This document shows positions 27,441-59,600 of a stretch of 64,000 bases of DNA, piece after piece. The translations under genes and the position numbers were made by a program. This DNA is from Macrostomum lignano (lineage: Eukaryota), in NCBI GenBank assembly GCA_002269645.1, contig NIVC01001357.1:1-64000 (forward strand), given 5' to 3'. The notes under the pieces were generated by a model. That model was not told where the DNA came from. It did no database searches and was given only the letters and a program-made list of their open reading frames with translations. Every line of letters starts with the position of its first letter. Positions within the stretch are counted from its first letter, which is position 1.

Positions 27441-28590
27441 AGCCACTGCCCTAGGCCCTCGAATTCACTAGAAGTCAAGCTAGAGCTATATTAACGTTGA
27501 GAAACTATAATCAATATAATATAGTATTATAATATTACTAGTATTGATTCTGGCATCAAATTTTGCTTGTAGAAGAGTATCGACCAGTTGGTTTTATTAT
27601 CAATAGTAATATTACTATTATTATACAACGTTCCATCTCTTCTGTCAGCATCTGAGCAGTCGATCGATAACTCCTTTAAGCAATCAGCGAGTGCCCCCAA
27701 CGCATATCGATCTGTCCAGAATCCCCCATAAGCCTGCAGTCTCTATCGGCCGCTAGCTATTGTTTTATCAATACACAGCCAGCTGCGTCAGTCAAGAGAC
27801 AAATCGATCAGTATTATTAAACCAATCAATATCAACTTCGATAAACGATTCAAAGTGAAAATTGCCCTCCGTTGGAGAGACTTTGGCCAAAAGCCGGTCA
27901 CGTCAGTCCACGTGCTGCCATCGTCCTGTTCACAGGGGGGGGTGCAGTCTGCCTGCTGTATTGATAAACTGGTGTACACACTGATTCCAGTGCTTGGGCC
28001 CGATGCTAGCATTTGCCTAATGGGGTGGGGGCTGCATGGAGGGGATTAGGAGGGAGCGGGACTCGATCGCGACCTCCCCGCATTCTCCTAAGCGCAACTT
28101 GTTGCAAACCCCCCCCCCTTTTATCATTTCCTTCCCCCCGGTCCGTCCGCCTCTGTCCAGAAGAGCTGCGAGGAATGAATGGAAAAATATGAGAGGGCTG
28201 GGGGAGAGGAGGGGAGAGCAATCGGAACGATTGGGAGAGATGACGGACGGAAGCTGGGACGGGCGGTATTGGACACGGGGGTTGGGATGACTTGAATCGG
28301 GGGAGGGGGGCAAACAAGCCCCAGGTACCCCTGTGTGCAGGACTGAGGCATGCATGGGATTCAGTCCAGGTAGAGGGTAAACACGGGACAAAAATCGATA
28401 GCAGATAATCAGGGATCGCTGCGCCACCCCATCGCGGCTGGCAGCCTCCCTCCCGCTTCCCCAGCCCCTATAACTGCCCATTCAGGCGGACTCGTCGCCG
28501 GAGGTAATTTTTTGAAAACGAAAATCCTCAAAAGACAAAGTGCGAGATAGAGAAACTTGAAATTAAACTCGGCAGTTTATTAGCGGCCGG

Positions 28591-40757
<12,167 letters not shown>

Positions 40758-40944
40758 CCGAGGCTGCGGAGGGATTCTTCTGCTCCAGCCAGGACTCACA
40801 GGGAGCCTCTGCCCTATAGGAGGGGCGCAGGACTCAAAGATTTCTCTTTAGATGTTTGCCGTCTCTAGATCGGTCTCTGGATTTCCTTCACTAATTCCAT
40901 CTGGTTTTGGCCCTTGCGTTCGTTCTGTCCTCTTTCCATTTTGC

Positions 40945-41400
40945 TTCCTCTCCTCCCTCTCCCCCTCTCCTCCCTCTCTTCCTCTCCTCCCTCTCCCCCT
41001 CTCCTCCCTCTCCCCCTCTCCTCCCTCTCTCCCTCTCTCCCTCTCCTCCCTCTCTCCCTCTCCTCCCTCTCTCCCTCTCCTCCTCTCTTCCTCTCCTCCC
41101 TCTCCCCCTCTCCTCCCTCTCTCCCTCTCCTCCACCTCTTCCCTCTCCTCCCTCTCGCCCCTCTCCCCCTCTCCCCCCTCTCCCCCTCTCGCCCCTCTCC
41201 TCCCTCTCGCCCCTATCCCCCTCTCCTCCACCTCTTCCCTCTCCTCCCTCTCGCCCCTCTCCCCCTCTCCCCCTCTCCCCCTCTCGCCCCTCTCCTCCCT
41301 CTCGCCCCTATCCCCCTCTCCTCCACCTCTTCCCTCTCCTCCCTCTCGCCCCTCTTCCCCCTCTCCTCCCTCTCTTCCCTCTCCTCTACTCCTTTACTTT
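40945..41400. repeat. CT-rich low-complexity repeat 3' of cux
   Basis: Directly visible. Confidence 0.9.
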
Positions 41401-42179
41401 CTCAGTCTATCACTGTTTTTCAGGGATCAGAATAGAAACCTGTGAGGGGCACCGTTCGTAAGATGAAACTGTTATATACTTATATAAGTTGATCACAATC
41501 AGTCTACTAACAGTAATATGCTGCAGCCAACGCCTTCGCATGTCTAACTGTTCTGCCCAAAGCTGCACCATTTTTACCCACTGCCCCATCCGTGAGCGGT
41601 GTACTTTAACCTCTACCTGTGTGTAAATATGACTTCTACTGTTTCACCTAAATCGATTCACTAATTCCTTTTATTACCGACTTTGATTTCCTAGCATCCA
41701 ATTTCGAAATGGAACTACAAGCTTCAGTTTTTAATTTGACTTTGTGGGAAAAATTCCCTTTACTTCTTCTGTGTTTGTCTGTCCTTTCCCACTGTTTCTA
41801 GACCCAGTACAGCAGACAGGTTCTGTCAAAAACGTCCACGGCCAGTTGAAACTCTGACATTTATATGAGATGTGCTAACAAATAAAAGCTCTCACAACAA
41901 TTACTGACAACTGCAGAGTGTTTGCGTAGAAATCAGAGCAAAAATACAGTTATTATTCATTTTTTCTGAATAATGCTTGAGACTTGAGTTACAGAGGGAA
42001 AACTATTGCAATTTGAGGCATCATACTTTATTCTTTATAAGTGAAACTATTGGTGATAAACATGCTTGGATCTCAGTTGATTTCATCGAATACATATTAT
42101 CCAGTGCTATGAGCTTTAGCATGCAAAATGTACTTTGTACACTAAATGTACACTCTACATGAAACCTGGTTAGTTATAG

Positions 42180-42745
42180 CCATAGACATAAATGAATCGC
42201 TTGCTTCAAGCCTGGAAGAGCGACAGCCATGGATGAAGGAATACCATGGATTGCGCATCTGAAATAGTCTATGGTCGATTTGTCCCCTCAAAACTTGGAA
42301 TTTACCCCCATTTACGCCGTTAGGCGCTCGAGGATTTCTCATTAACGCCCGCAAAGCATGGGTATTACTATTATTGTGCCATAGACATTTGTGTCCTTGA
42401 CGAAGTGGGACAGAATAATCGGGCGTTAAATGTCATTAACTGCCCGCTAATTTGCATTAAAGTAAGTTTGACATAGACAATCGGGCGTTAAATGTCATTA
42501 ACTGCCCGCTAATTTGCATTAAAGTAAGTTTGACATAGACAATCGGGCGTTAAATGTCATTAACTGCCCGCTAATTTGCATTAAAGTAAGTTTGACATAG
42601 ACAATCGGGCGTTAAATGTCATTAACTGCCCGCTAATTTGCATTAAAGTAAGTTTGACATAGACAATCGGGCGTTAAATGTCATTAACTGCCCGTTAATT
42701 TCGATATTCCTTTCCTGCAAGCGGGCTTAAATGTAGTCTATGGCA
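42180..42745. mobile_element. Two adjacent short elements bounded by CCATAGAC/GTCTATGG inverted repeats (42180-42274 and 42377-42745); the second holds ~4.6 copies of a 62-bp unit
   Basis: Inverted termini are visible; 62-bp units start at 42419, 42481, 42543, 42605 and 42667. No clear TSD. Confidence 0.6.
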
Positions 42746-43719
42746 TTAAAAGGCAAGAATAAGTGCCCAGCGGGCACAAAGGTCATGGTACAATAGGCTT
42801 TACCAGCTTCCTAGCTTTACCAGCTTGAGACGCTCGGTGCAGAGACTGGATGTATTTGATGAAATCATCTGAGATTGAAGCATGCTTATATCACCAGTAG
42901 TTGTACTTATAAAGAATAGTTTAGCCTGTGTAACTCAAGTCTCAAACATTTTTGAAAGCTGCAAGATTTTGATTTGCCTGAGTTTCCTGCTATGCCAAGT
43001 TCAGGCAGCTGCGTAAAAATAACCAAGTAGTGTCAACATTATGCGCTGCCGAAATTACGGCCTCATATAGACATTCTTCAGCGCCCCAGCCTTGGAGCAT
43101 TCCCAGAAGCCTTGCAGACTCTGCTAGCGAAGTCACTCTAAAACAGAATGCTGCGGAGTGTACCTGCAGTATTAATTATGCAGGCCCATGCTGGCACCAC
43201 TGCCCGACGCCCCCCCCCCATGTAGACGCCCAAAAATTTGTGAGAGCATCGAATTCTAACCCTGGCAACCAAACTCGGGCCATAATTGGCTCAGGCGATT
43301 CTCCGTGAGTCTGTCCCCAAACAGTTTCTGCTTATCCACAGCTGCTAGGAAAGAAAATTCATCTGCAAAGCAGAGGAAGAAGACACTTCAGTTTCAGAAA
43401 TTCTACGTACCTGATAGGTGAGCTCAATTTAACAAATTTCCAGAGCATAAGTTTTGCAACTTTTAAAAAAACATTTTAATTGCTATAGCTGTACAGAGAA
43501 AATGATAATAGATTGAAAATCTCATTTGTCATATTGCGTGACCCTCCGCAACTGGCAATCCATACAATATAGATTAGTATCCATGCCTTGCGTGGCCTTG
43601 TAGATTGCAACTTCGAATAGTAAGGATTTGTACTTTTACAAGTTCGAAATTAGAGTTATAACTACCTTGTTACGTATTGTAGTATATTCAGTGTTGAATT
43701 CCACAACATTAAAGTACTC

Positions 43720-44350
43720 ACTCCTCTCCCTGTCTCCTCTCTCCTCTCTCCTCTCTCCTCTCTCCTCTCTCCTCTTTCCTCTCTCCTCTTTCCTCTCTCC
43801 TCTCTCCTCTCTCCTCTCTCCTCTCTCCTCTCTCCTCTCTCCTCTCTCCTCTCTCCTCTCTCCTGTCTCCTGTCTCCTCTCTCCTCTCTCCTCTCTCCTC
43901 TCTCCTGTCTCCTGTCTCCACTCTCCTCTCTCCTCTCTCCTCTCTCCTCTCTCCTCTCTCCTCTCTCCTCTCTCCTCTCTCCTCTCTCCTCTCTCCTCTC
44001 TCCTCTCTCCTCTCTCCTCTCTCCTCTCTCCTCTCTCCTCTCTCCTCTCTCCTCTCTCCTCTCTCCTCTCTCCTCTCTCCTCTCTCCTCTCTCCTCTCTC
44101 CTGTCTCCTGTCTCCACTCTCCCTGTCTCCTGTCTCCACTCTCCTGTCTCCTGTCTCCTGTCTCCACTCTCCTCCCTCCTATCTCCTCTCTACTCTATCC
44201 TCTCTCCTATCTCCTCTCTCCTATCTCCTCTCTCCTATCTCCTCTCTCCTCTCTCCTCTCTACTCTCTCCACTCTCCTGTCTCCTGTCTCCTGTCCCTTC
44301 TCTACTCTCTACTCTCTCCTCTCTCCTCTCTCCTCTCTTATGTCTCTTCT
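43720..44350. repeat. (CTCTCCT)n-type pyrimidine repeat upstream of the first coding exon of the channel
   Basis: Directly visible. Confidence 0.95.
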
Positions 44351-44409
44351 CTCCAGCTAGCGATTCTTGTGATAAGAAAACGGTTTATACCTGATTTCAG
44401 ATCCCAACG

Positions 44410-51802
<7,393 letters not shown>

Positions 51803-53629
51803 TATTCCTGTTTGGAAATTAAATTATTATTCAATCAGTAATTCGTTGTTTCGTGCAGCATATATATTCAAATCAGAACTCAAAGCGTTTTAGTATATGC
51901 ACGTATGCCCCTGTTTTCTACAGCTAATTGAACAACATGATCTGCTAACACCTAGTCGCAATAATTTAAAGAGAAACGATGCTTAGTTCTACACTTGTTG
52001 CAATATATTCATGCTTGTACGCACATTTGACAGGCACTGCACTTTAATTACAGTCGTACAAGTACATTTTTACTCATGGTCGCAACATCGAATCGATGCT
52101 GTCGTTCACGTTTTAATTAGAAATGTTAAAATTCTTGGATGTTGTCTTTAAAACTAGTTGCATTCTGTTGAATGTATATAAACAAAGTCAATAAAAAATT
52201 TACGTCATTATTGAATTGGGAATGTTTTGTTTGTTTGAGGTACAAATGTGTTATCCGAAACAATGCCATGTATTGCATATAATGAAAAATAAATGTTTCA
52301 GTCATCCAACGAATGTAGAATAGATTCTCATTCTAAATCATGTTCTTCTATATAATTCTCAAATTATCCTGGATTTATAAATTAAGGCTGCTAAAACAAC
52401 GATAAGAGCTGTAGGCTTGAGCAAGCTCACCATCATCGCTGGTTAACTGATTTCTTTAGAAAAATAAGTGTCCCAAGTTTTGAGAACGACCCATACATAA
52501 AATTTGTTGCTATAACAAATTTATTAAGTACCTCGTGCAAAAACTTGGCGGAAAAATGCCTGAATATGTTTCTTTAATTATTAAAAGTTTTTTTTAACTT
52601 TTTATAGACTTTATATAAATATCATAATTTTTCGACTCTTTAAAGAGTCATTAGATCTTGGAATTTAACTTTATTGAGTGTTGTTCTTTTCCTTATTTGG
52701 GTGCGTTACGTAGGTGTCTGGCGATAGCCGATAGAGTATGTTTGTAATTATTGTGTATTTGTAGCTACAGCGCCGACATGCTGGTTATTGGCTTTCTACT
52801 GTCAATTGAAATTATGTAGATATTTTTATACCATTTGCTAGCTACATCTGAAACAGAATATTTTAAATACATGTTTTGTAAAATTAAGATAGATTAGGAA
52901 TCGAATTTGTCATTTGGATCAAGCTTAGATGCATAATTTATCATATTGATTATTACCAGACATAAAAATAATATAGAAAAGTACAACATTTGCTCGAAAT
53001 GAAAAAAATTCTGTTTGTGTCACTAAGTCTAAGTAATAGTATTCTATTTAAAAATTAGTATAATCCTGTGATTAAACAATAATTTTAAGGCTAGTGGGGT
53101 AATTTTACGACATAATTTTTGTCATGAATTGTCTTCTAATACGAGTATTTATCAAATATCATTAAGCATTAACTTAGACATGCAACAAAACTTATGCATG
53201 AAAGTTTGTCATAAAGTCAAAATAATGTCAAGATACTTCCAAAAAATGAAAAGCTACAAACAAATTTCAAATATTCTGCTGACTATTAGCGCATTTCTTT
53301 ATACTCTATGATAAAATGTTTAACATAGAGTGCATACAAAAAAAACACAAATTTCACTCAACGCCCATTAGAAATGTTACCATGAAAAGCAAATGAATGC
53401 CATAATTGTTTATTTTATTATTAATGTCATAATAATAATAAAAAACTATACTTTCATACTTTCAAAGTTTTTATTTTTTATAATTATTTTTATATCTGCT
53501 GTATTTAGTGACTACTATACATATGTCGTATAGGATATAGACCTCACAATTGATGTCTTAAGTAGCTTCATGAGTAACCTCTGAGTCTATAAATCCTATA
53601 TTATTCATGCCTTGAGCACAGTTACAGTT

Positions 53630-56600
53630 ATGGATCGTGGCACACTGGTCTCGCTAGAAGATCTCATCACTTCTCAAGCCGAGCCATTCAGCGACAGCGA
53701 ACTGCTGGCCCTGTGCCACGCATCCGCTTCCGCTTTGCAGTCGCTTTCAATTCACTTCTCGCACATTGTCACCTCCTTCACCATATCCCCGGCCTCGCTG
53801 CTCTTCAGCGAGAATGGAGAGGCCAGCTTTAATCTGCAGATTGAAGGCAAGCTTAATTATAGTTTTTTTCATTTTTTGACGAATAAAGAGATGGAGGGGC
53901 ACTGCCCCCTGGTATTGAGATGGAGGAGCGCTTAGTCACAAAGGACCCCTGTGTCGCAGTTATATTCAGTCTAATACTTCAGTAATACCGGTATATGTAA
54001 ATCAGCTTTACCTCTTAGCGTCTATGATCTGTATTGAGCCAAAGTTCGAGAATTAAATAGCTATTTAATTGGCATTCATTCTCAAAGGCAAAAACCCATT
54101 GTGCCGCCTAATTTGCATTGCTAAATACAAATTGTGTGAGTGTGTGTGTGTGTGTGGCCTGTGGCTGCAATCTAAACTCTCGGCACAAACTAAAATTGAG
54201 TTGATGCAGAGAGACAGACAGAGAAATGGAGGCGAGCTGCTTTAGCTGTATCAGCACACAGTTGTCGTCTTATTGTTCGCAGAAAGACAAGCATCAATAC
54301 CAGGCCAGCAAAGTGATCTATTTGTCCATCAGGTGTCACAGAATGCAATTTGTCCATCAGGTGTCACAAAATGCTATTTGTCCATCAGGTGTCACAGAAT
54401 GCAATTTGTCCATCAGGTGTCACAGGTGTTTTTCCATTTATTTGTCCATCGGGTGTCACAGAATGCTATTTGTCCACCAGGTGTCACATAATGCTATTTG
54501 TCCATCAGGTGTCACAGGTGTTTTTCCATTTATTTGTCCACCAGGTGTCACAGAATGCTATTCGTCTCTAAAAACATTCCCAGAGACAGACCAGGCCTAT
54601 CTGGCGCCGGAGGCGGCCCAAACCGAGAGCGGAATTTTTGCCGACGTCCAGATCGACGGCGAGCTGGCGCACGTGTACTCTCTGGGCGCCTGTCTGCACT
54701 CCTGCTGCGTTGGCGCCGAGCTCACCGGAGGTGTCGGTGCGCCCCGGCGACTATTTCGGCGTATGCGCGACCCTCGGCCGGACAGGCGGCCCGGCGCCGC
54801 GCAGCTGCTGGCCGAATGTCGGGCGCTGCTGCCGGGTGACTCGGCCAAGCGGCTGGCCGGCCAGATTGTTCAGCGACATCTGCGACTGACCGCGGCGGCT
54901 GACGGCTCGGGTGGGTTCTCCTAATGCTTAGGATTCTCTGAGCCTTCACCTCACTCCGCCACCCACCTCACTCCGCCACCCACCTCACTCCGCCACCCAC
55001 CTCACTCCGCCACCCACCTCACTCCGCCACCCACCTCACTCCGCCACCCACCTCACTCCGCCACCCACCTCACTCCGCCACCCACCTCACTCCGCCACCC
55101 ACCTCACTCCGCCACCCACCTCACTCCGCCACCCACCTCACTCCGCCACCCACCTCACTCCGCCACCCACCTCACTCCGCCACCCACCTCACTCCGCCAA
55201 CCACCTCACACCTCACTCTGCCACCCATTTCACTCCGCCACACACCTCACTCCGCCACCCGCCCGACTATAAGGCTCCAGCCGGCCGCTAACTCGAACCT
55301 TACATATATATCTTACGCCTATCTACTTGGTCTGAGACCAATATGCTAATATTCATAAATCTATAGGCATCGCAGTGCTCAGTCTTACCCTCCGTTCACA
55401 GGTGTCTGCAGAAGCAATCGGCACGCTTAGATCACAGCAACGATTTGCAAACTAGTTGTTTAAGCAAGTCAGAAGTTAGTAAAGAGAGTAAAGATGAGAC
55501 ATTTAACCCCTCGCTTATTTATAGTAAATTTTCCCGATGAAGAAGTCCCTGTGAAACTGTCTGCGTTATAACTTCCCACGTCTTCCAGACATCGTCGCAA
55601 TTCCGGCCGATTCTCACGGTCTCTCTCTCTCTCGTGCGACTTCTGAAATGTCTCTGTTTAAAAATGTAATTGAACCCCACCCCACATAAAGGCATGCAAC
55701 CCCTTTAAAGTGGAAGCTGTCCACAACTGCTACACTCCACCACGCTCTGATAACAGTGCAATTTGCTAATTCCCTAACCTAAACCCTAAGTCCTATTCCT
55801 AATAGTTCCTACGATAGTTCCTAAATGACAGTTGATTACCATCCTTGTACCGACTCTGCCACCCACCTCACTCCGCCACCACCTCACTCCCTCACCCACA
55901 TCAATCCGCCACCCACCTCACTCCCTCACCCAAATCAATCCGCCACCCACCTCACTCCGCCATCCGCCCCGACTCCGCCCGTCACCTCTTGTTTCCATGC
56001 CATTCACTGCGCTACACACATCACGCTGCCATCGAACTTCCCTCATCTAATCGTCCACCTACCCTCCATGCAACCGATGTACATGTACTTTGTGAACAGA
56101 GTCATAATGGAGCTTTACCAATTTTTTAGATCTCGACAATCACACGATTCGCCAGTCACCTGTAGAACAGCCGGTAAGAATTATTTATTTAATAAATACG
56201 CTTGTCGGCGCTAAAGCTCTTAATAACTCTTTAAAACTACTTCTAACCAAGCCTGAACTCGACCGAAATCTTCAGGTACTGCGGGCGTCGCTAAACGAGC
56301 TGGACAACTGGGCCTTCTGCTCCGGCAAAGGCGGCGTTGTCCGCTGCTCAACCGAGTGTCTGGCCCTGCTGAGAGAGTTCTGTGTAGCCGCTCTGCAGTT
56401 CGATCCGGCAGCCAGCCAGATCTGGGGTGAGTTGAGGCGAGCTTCTCATCGGGTGGCTGTTTGGCTGCTGAATAGTAATTCCATAATCACCTCAGTCCCC
56501 AGCCACCTCAGTCCCCAGCCACCTCAGTCCCCAGCCACCTCAGTCCCCAGCCACCTCAGTCCCCAGCCACCTCACTCCCCAGCCACCTCAGTCCCCAGCC

Positions 56601-59600
56601 ACCTCAGTCCCAGCCACCTCAGTCCCAGCCACCTCACTCCCCAGCCACCTCAGTCCCAGCCACCTCACTCCACAGCCACCTCACTCCCCAGCCACCTCAG
56701 TCCCAGCCACCTCAGTCCCAGCCACCTCAGTCCCCAGCCACCTCAGTCCCAGCCACCTCAGTCCCCAGCCACCTCAGTCCCAGCCACCTCAGTCCCAGCC
56801 ACCTCAGTCCCCAGCCACCTCAGTCCCCAGCCACCTTAGTCCCCAGCCACCTCAGTCCCAGCCACCTCAGTCCCCAGCCACCTCAGTCCCAGCCACCTCA
56901 GTCCCAGCCACCTCAGTCCCCAGCCACCTCAGTCCCAGCCACCTCAGTCCTCAGCCACCTCAGTCCCCAGCCACCTCACTCCACAGCCACCTCACTCCCC
57001 AGCCACCTCAGTCCCAGCCACCTCAGTCCCAGCCACCTCAGTCCCCAGCCACCTCAGTCCCAGCCACCTCAGTCCCCAGCCACCTCAGTCCCCAGCCACC
57101 TCAGTCCCAGCCACCTCAGTCCTCAGCCACCTCAGTCCCCAGCCACCTCACTCCACAGCCACCTCACTCCCCAGCCACCTCAGTCCCAGCCACCTCAGTC
57201 CCAGCCACCTCAGTCCCCAGCCACCTCAGTCCCCAGCTACCTCACTCCCCAGCCACCTCACTCCCCAGCTACCTCACTCCCCAGCCACCTCACTCCCCAG
57301 CCACCTCAGTCCCCAGCTACCTCACTCCACTAACCATCTCACTCTCTGGCATTCTATCCAATGTAAATCAGTACTAAGCTACCAACAAAGCAACACTCTG
57401 TACAATCCGCAGTTCACGGCCTGTCGCTAGACAATTTCATTCTTGATTCAACCGGGCGCTGCCGCCTTCAAGAAGCCACCATCAGCGGCAGCGGAGCCAG
57501 CGGTCAGCTCAGCCCGCTGCGCTGGCTGCCGCCCGAGTACTCCGGCACCGGTCTGGCCACGGACTACGAGAAGACGGTCGCCTACGCCATTGGAGTCGCT
57601 CTGTTAAACGTCCTTGACGTGTTTGACGACGGAGAGGACTCCAGCTCGGAGGCACGCCAACGCCAGCAGGAAACGGAGCTGGGACCGCGCAGTTTGGACC
57701 CCGTGCTGTACTCCATTCTGGAGTCTCTGTGCCACGACCGGGCCGATCGTCGGCCGGCGCTGGCCACCGTCAGGGACTGGAGCAGCGAGCTGGAGGCCCA
57801 GTGTCCGGGCGGAGGCTACAGGCACGTGCTGGTGACCATGTTTGCCAGGCTGCACGGCCAGAGGAAGGGCCGGCAGCGGCTCCAGCAGCATAAGCTGCAG
57901 CCGCCGCCTCTGCCGGCTAGGTAATTGCAAGCAATTGTGTAAATTGGAGATGGCATGGTTGAGCAGTAACCCTCAGACAGGGTATTTTGTGAGCAGTAAC
58001 CAGGATACGAAAAGAGCTAAAGTGAATGAAGACTGGCTTTACGATGCTTCATTTCGTGTACCAAGATAAGTGTTCAAGCCTACGTTTCATTTTCTTGAAT
58101 AGGTCAGCGAAAGAGTCCAAGCTATTGAAATCACAGCAGCAGCAGCAACCGCCACCGCCACCTCAACGAAGACCTCCGCCACAACCGCCGCAGCCTAGAG
58201 ACTTGCTGCCGCCAGCCTTCACCAGCCAGCTGACCCACTTCAAGCCGATCGATGCTCGTCCGGACGATGAAAACAGCAACGCGACAACTTCAACAGTTGC
58301 CGCCGCGGCGGCAATGTCGGCAGCGGCGGAGGCGGCATCGAAACAGCAGCTGGCGGAGCGGCTTCGCAGCTTGGCGCGAGAAAACCGTCGGTGGGCTCTG
58401 GATGGGCGACTGTGCCTGGAGTCGATGGAAGCAGATTCAACGTCTACGGACTGGGGTCAGCACAAGCATCTGGCTGACAGCTATCGATTGCTGACGCCAC
58501 TCGCCGTTGACGAAACAGCCGATACGGATATGAACATCTCTAGCGTCGGGTACGATGACGATCCCGGAGGCGCAAGATTTCTGCCAACGGCTGCGGCTGA
58601 ATCCACGGCCAGCACCAGGCATTTGGCTCGCTACCGGGCAAGGCAGTCCGTGCCGCCAGTAAGATTTTTGAGTCACACCAGTTAGTGCTGCTGCATCGGG
58701 ATGAGTCACACCAGTTAGTGCTGCTGCATCGGGATGAGTCACACCAGTTAATGCTGGTGCATCGGGATGAGTCACACCAGTTAGTGCTGCTGCATCGGGA
58801 TGAGTCACACCAGTTAATGCTGGTGCATCGGGATGAGTCAGACCAGTTAGTGCTGATGCATCCGTGATGAGTCACACCAGTTAGTGCCGGTGCATCGGGA
58901 TGAGTCACACTAGTTTGGGCTGCTGCATCCTGGATGAGTCACACCAGTTAGTGCTGCTGCATAGGAAAGCTAAAGACAAAGTTCTCACAATAGTTGTCCT
59001 ACATAAAAATAAAACCTTGATCACTTACTTGACAAAATGAACTTTCCCATCGCCCAGTCTTCCAACGTGAGCCACAAGGCCTACTCGGACCCGGTGGTTG
59101 CCGAGCACTGGCTGACGAGGACGCCGCCGCGGCCGATTGCGCGAAACATCCGCAACGTTGAGGCACCGCTGGTGGCAGCGGCGGCAGCGGCAGCACAGCG
59201 GGACTCGCCAAATGCTGACTCGGGAGTCAGCATCTCGGCTAACCACCAGCAGCAGCAGCAGCAACAACAACAACAACAACAACAACAGCAGCAGCGACTC
59301 TCCACCGGTGTCGCTACCGGTCACTACGCCACGCCGATGGAGCGGCTGCTGTCAAACGACGCGGTTCACTATCAACGCACTCTGGCCAGCGTCATTCGCC
59401 TTCTACACCCGGAATTCTCGTTGGACGGGTGTCCGGGCGTTGATCTGCCCTTACTGGCAGAGTACATAGTCTCATTAGTCAATCTTTCCTGGGCTACTTT
59501 TACTAGCGCCGTTACCGAACGATTCCCAGACCTCTACTGGAGCGACGAGCTGCTCCGGGCCTGCTTTGGCATCGTCAACGCCGGCCGGGAACAGCCGCTG

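Noticed and set aside
56276-56426. Apparent frameshift in KIND2 of KNDC1
   Set aside because: Resolved by a 44-nt exon at 56130-56173 (phase 1 to 0) that puts ASLNEL...ECLALL in one frame.
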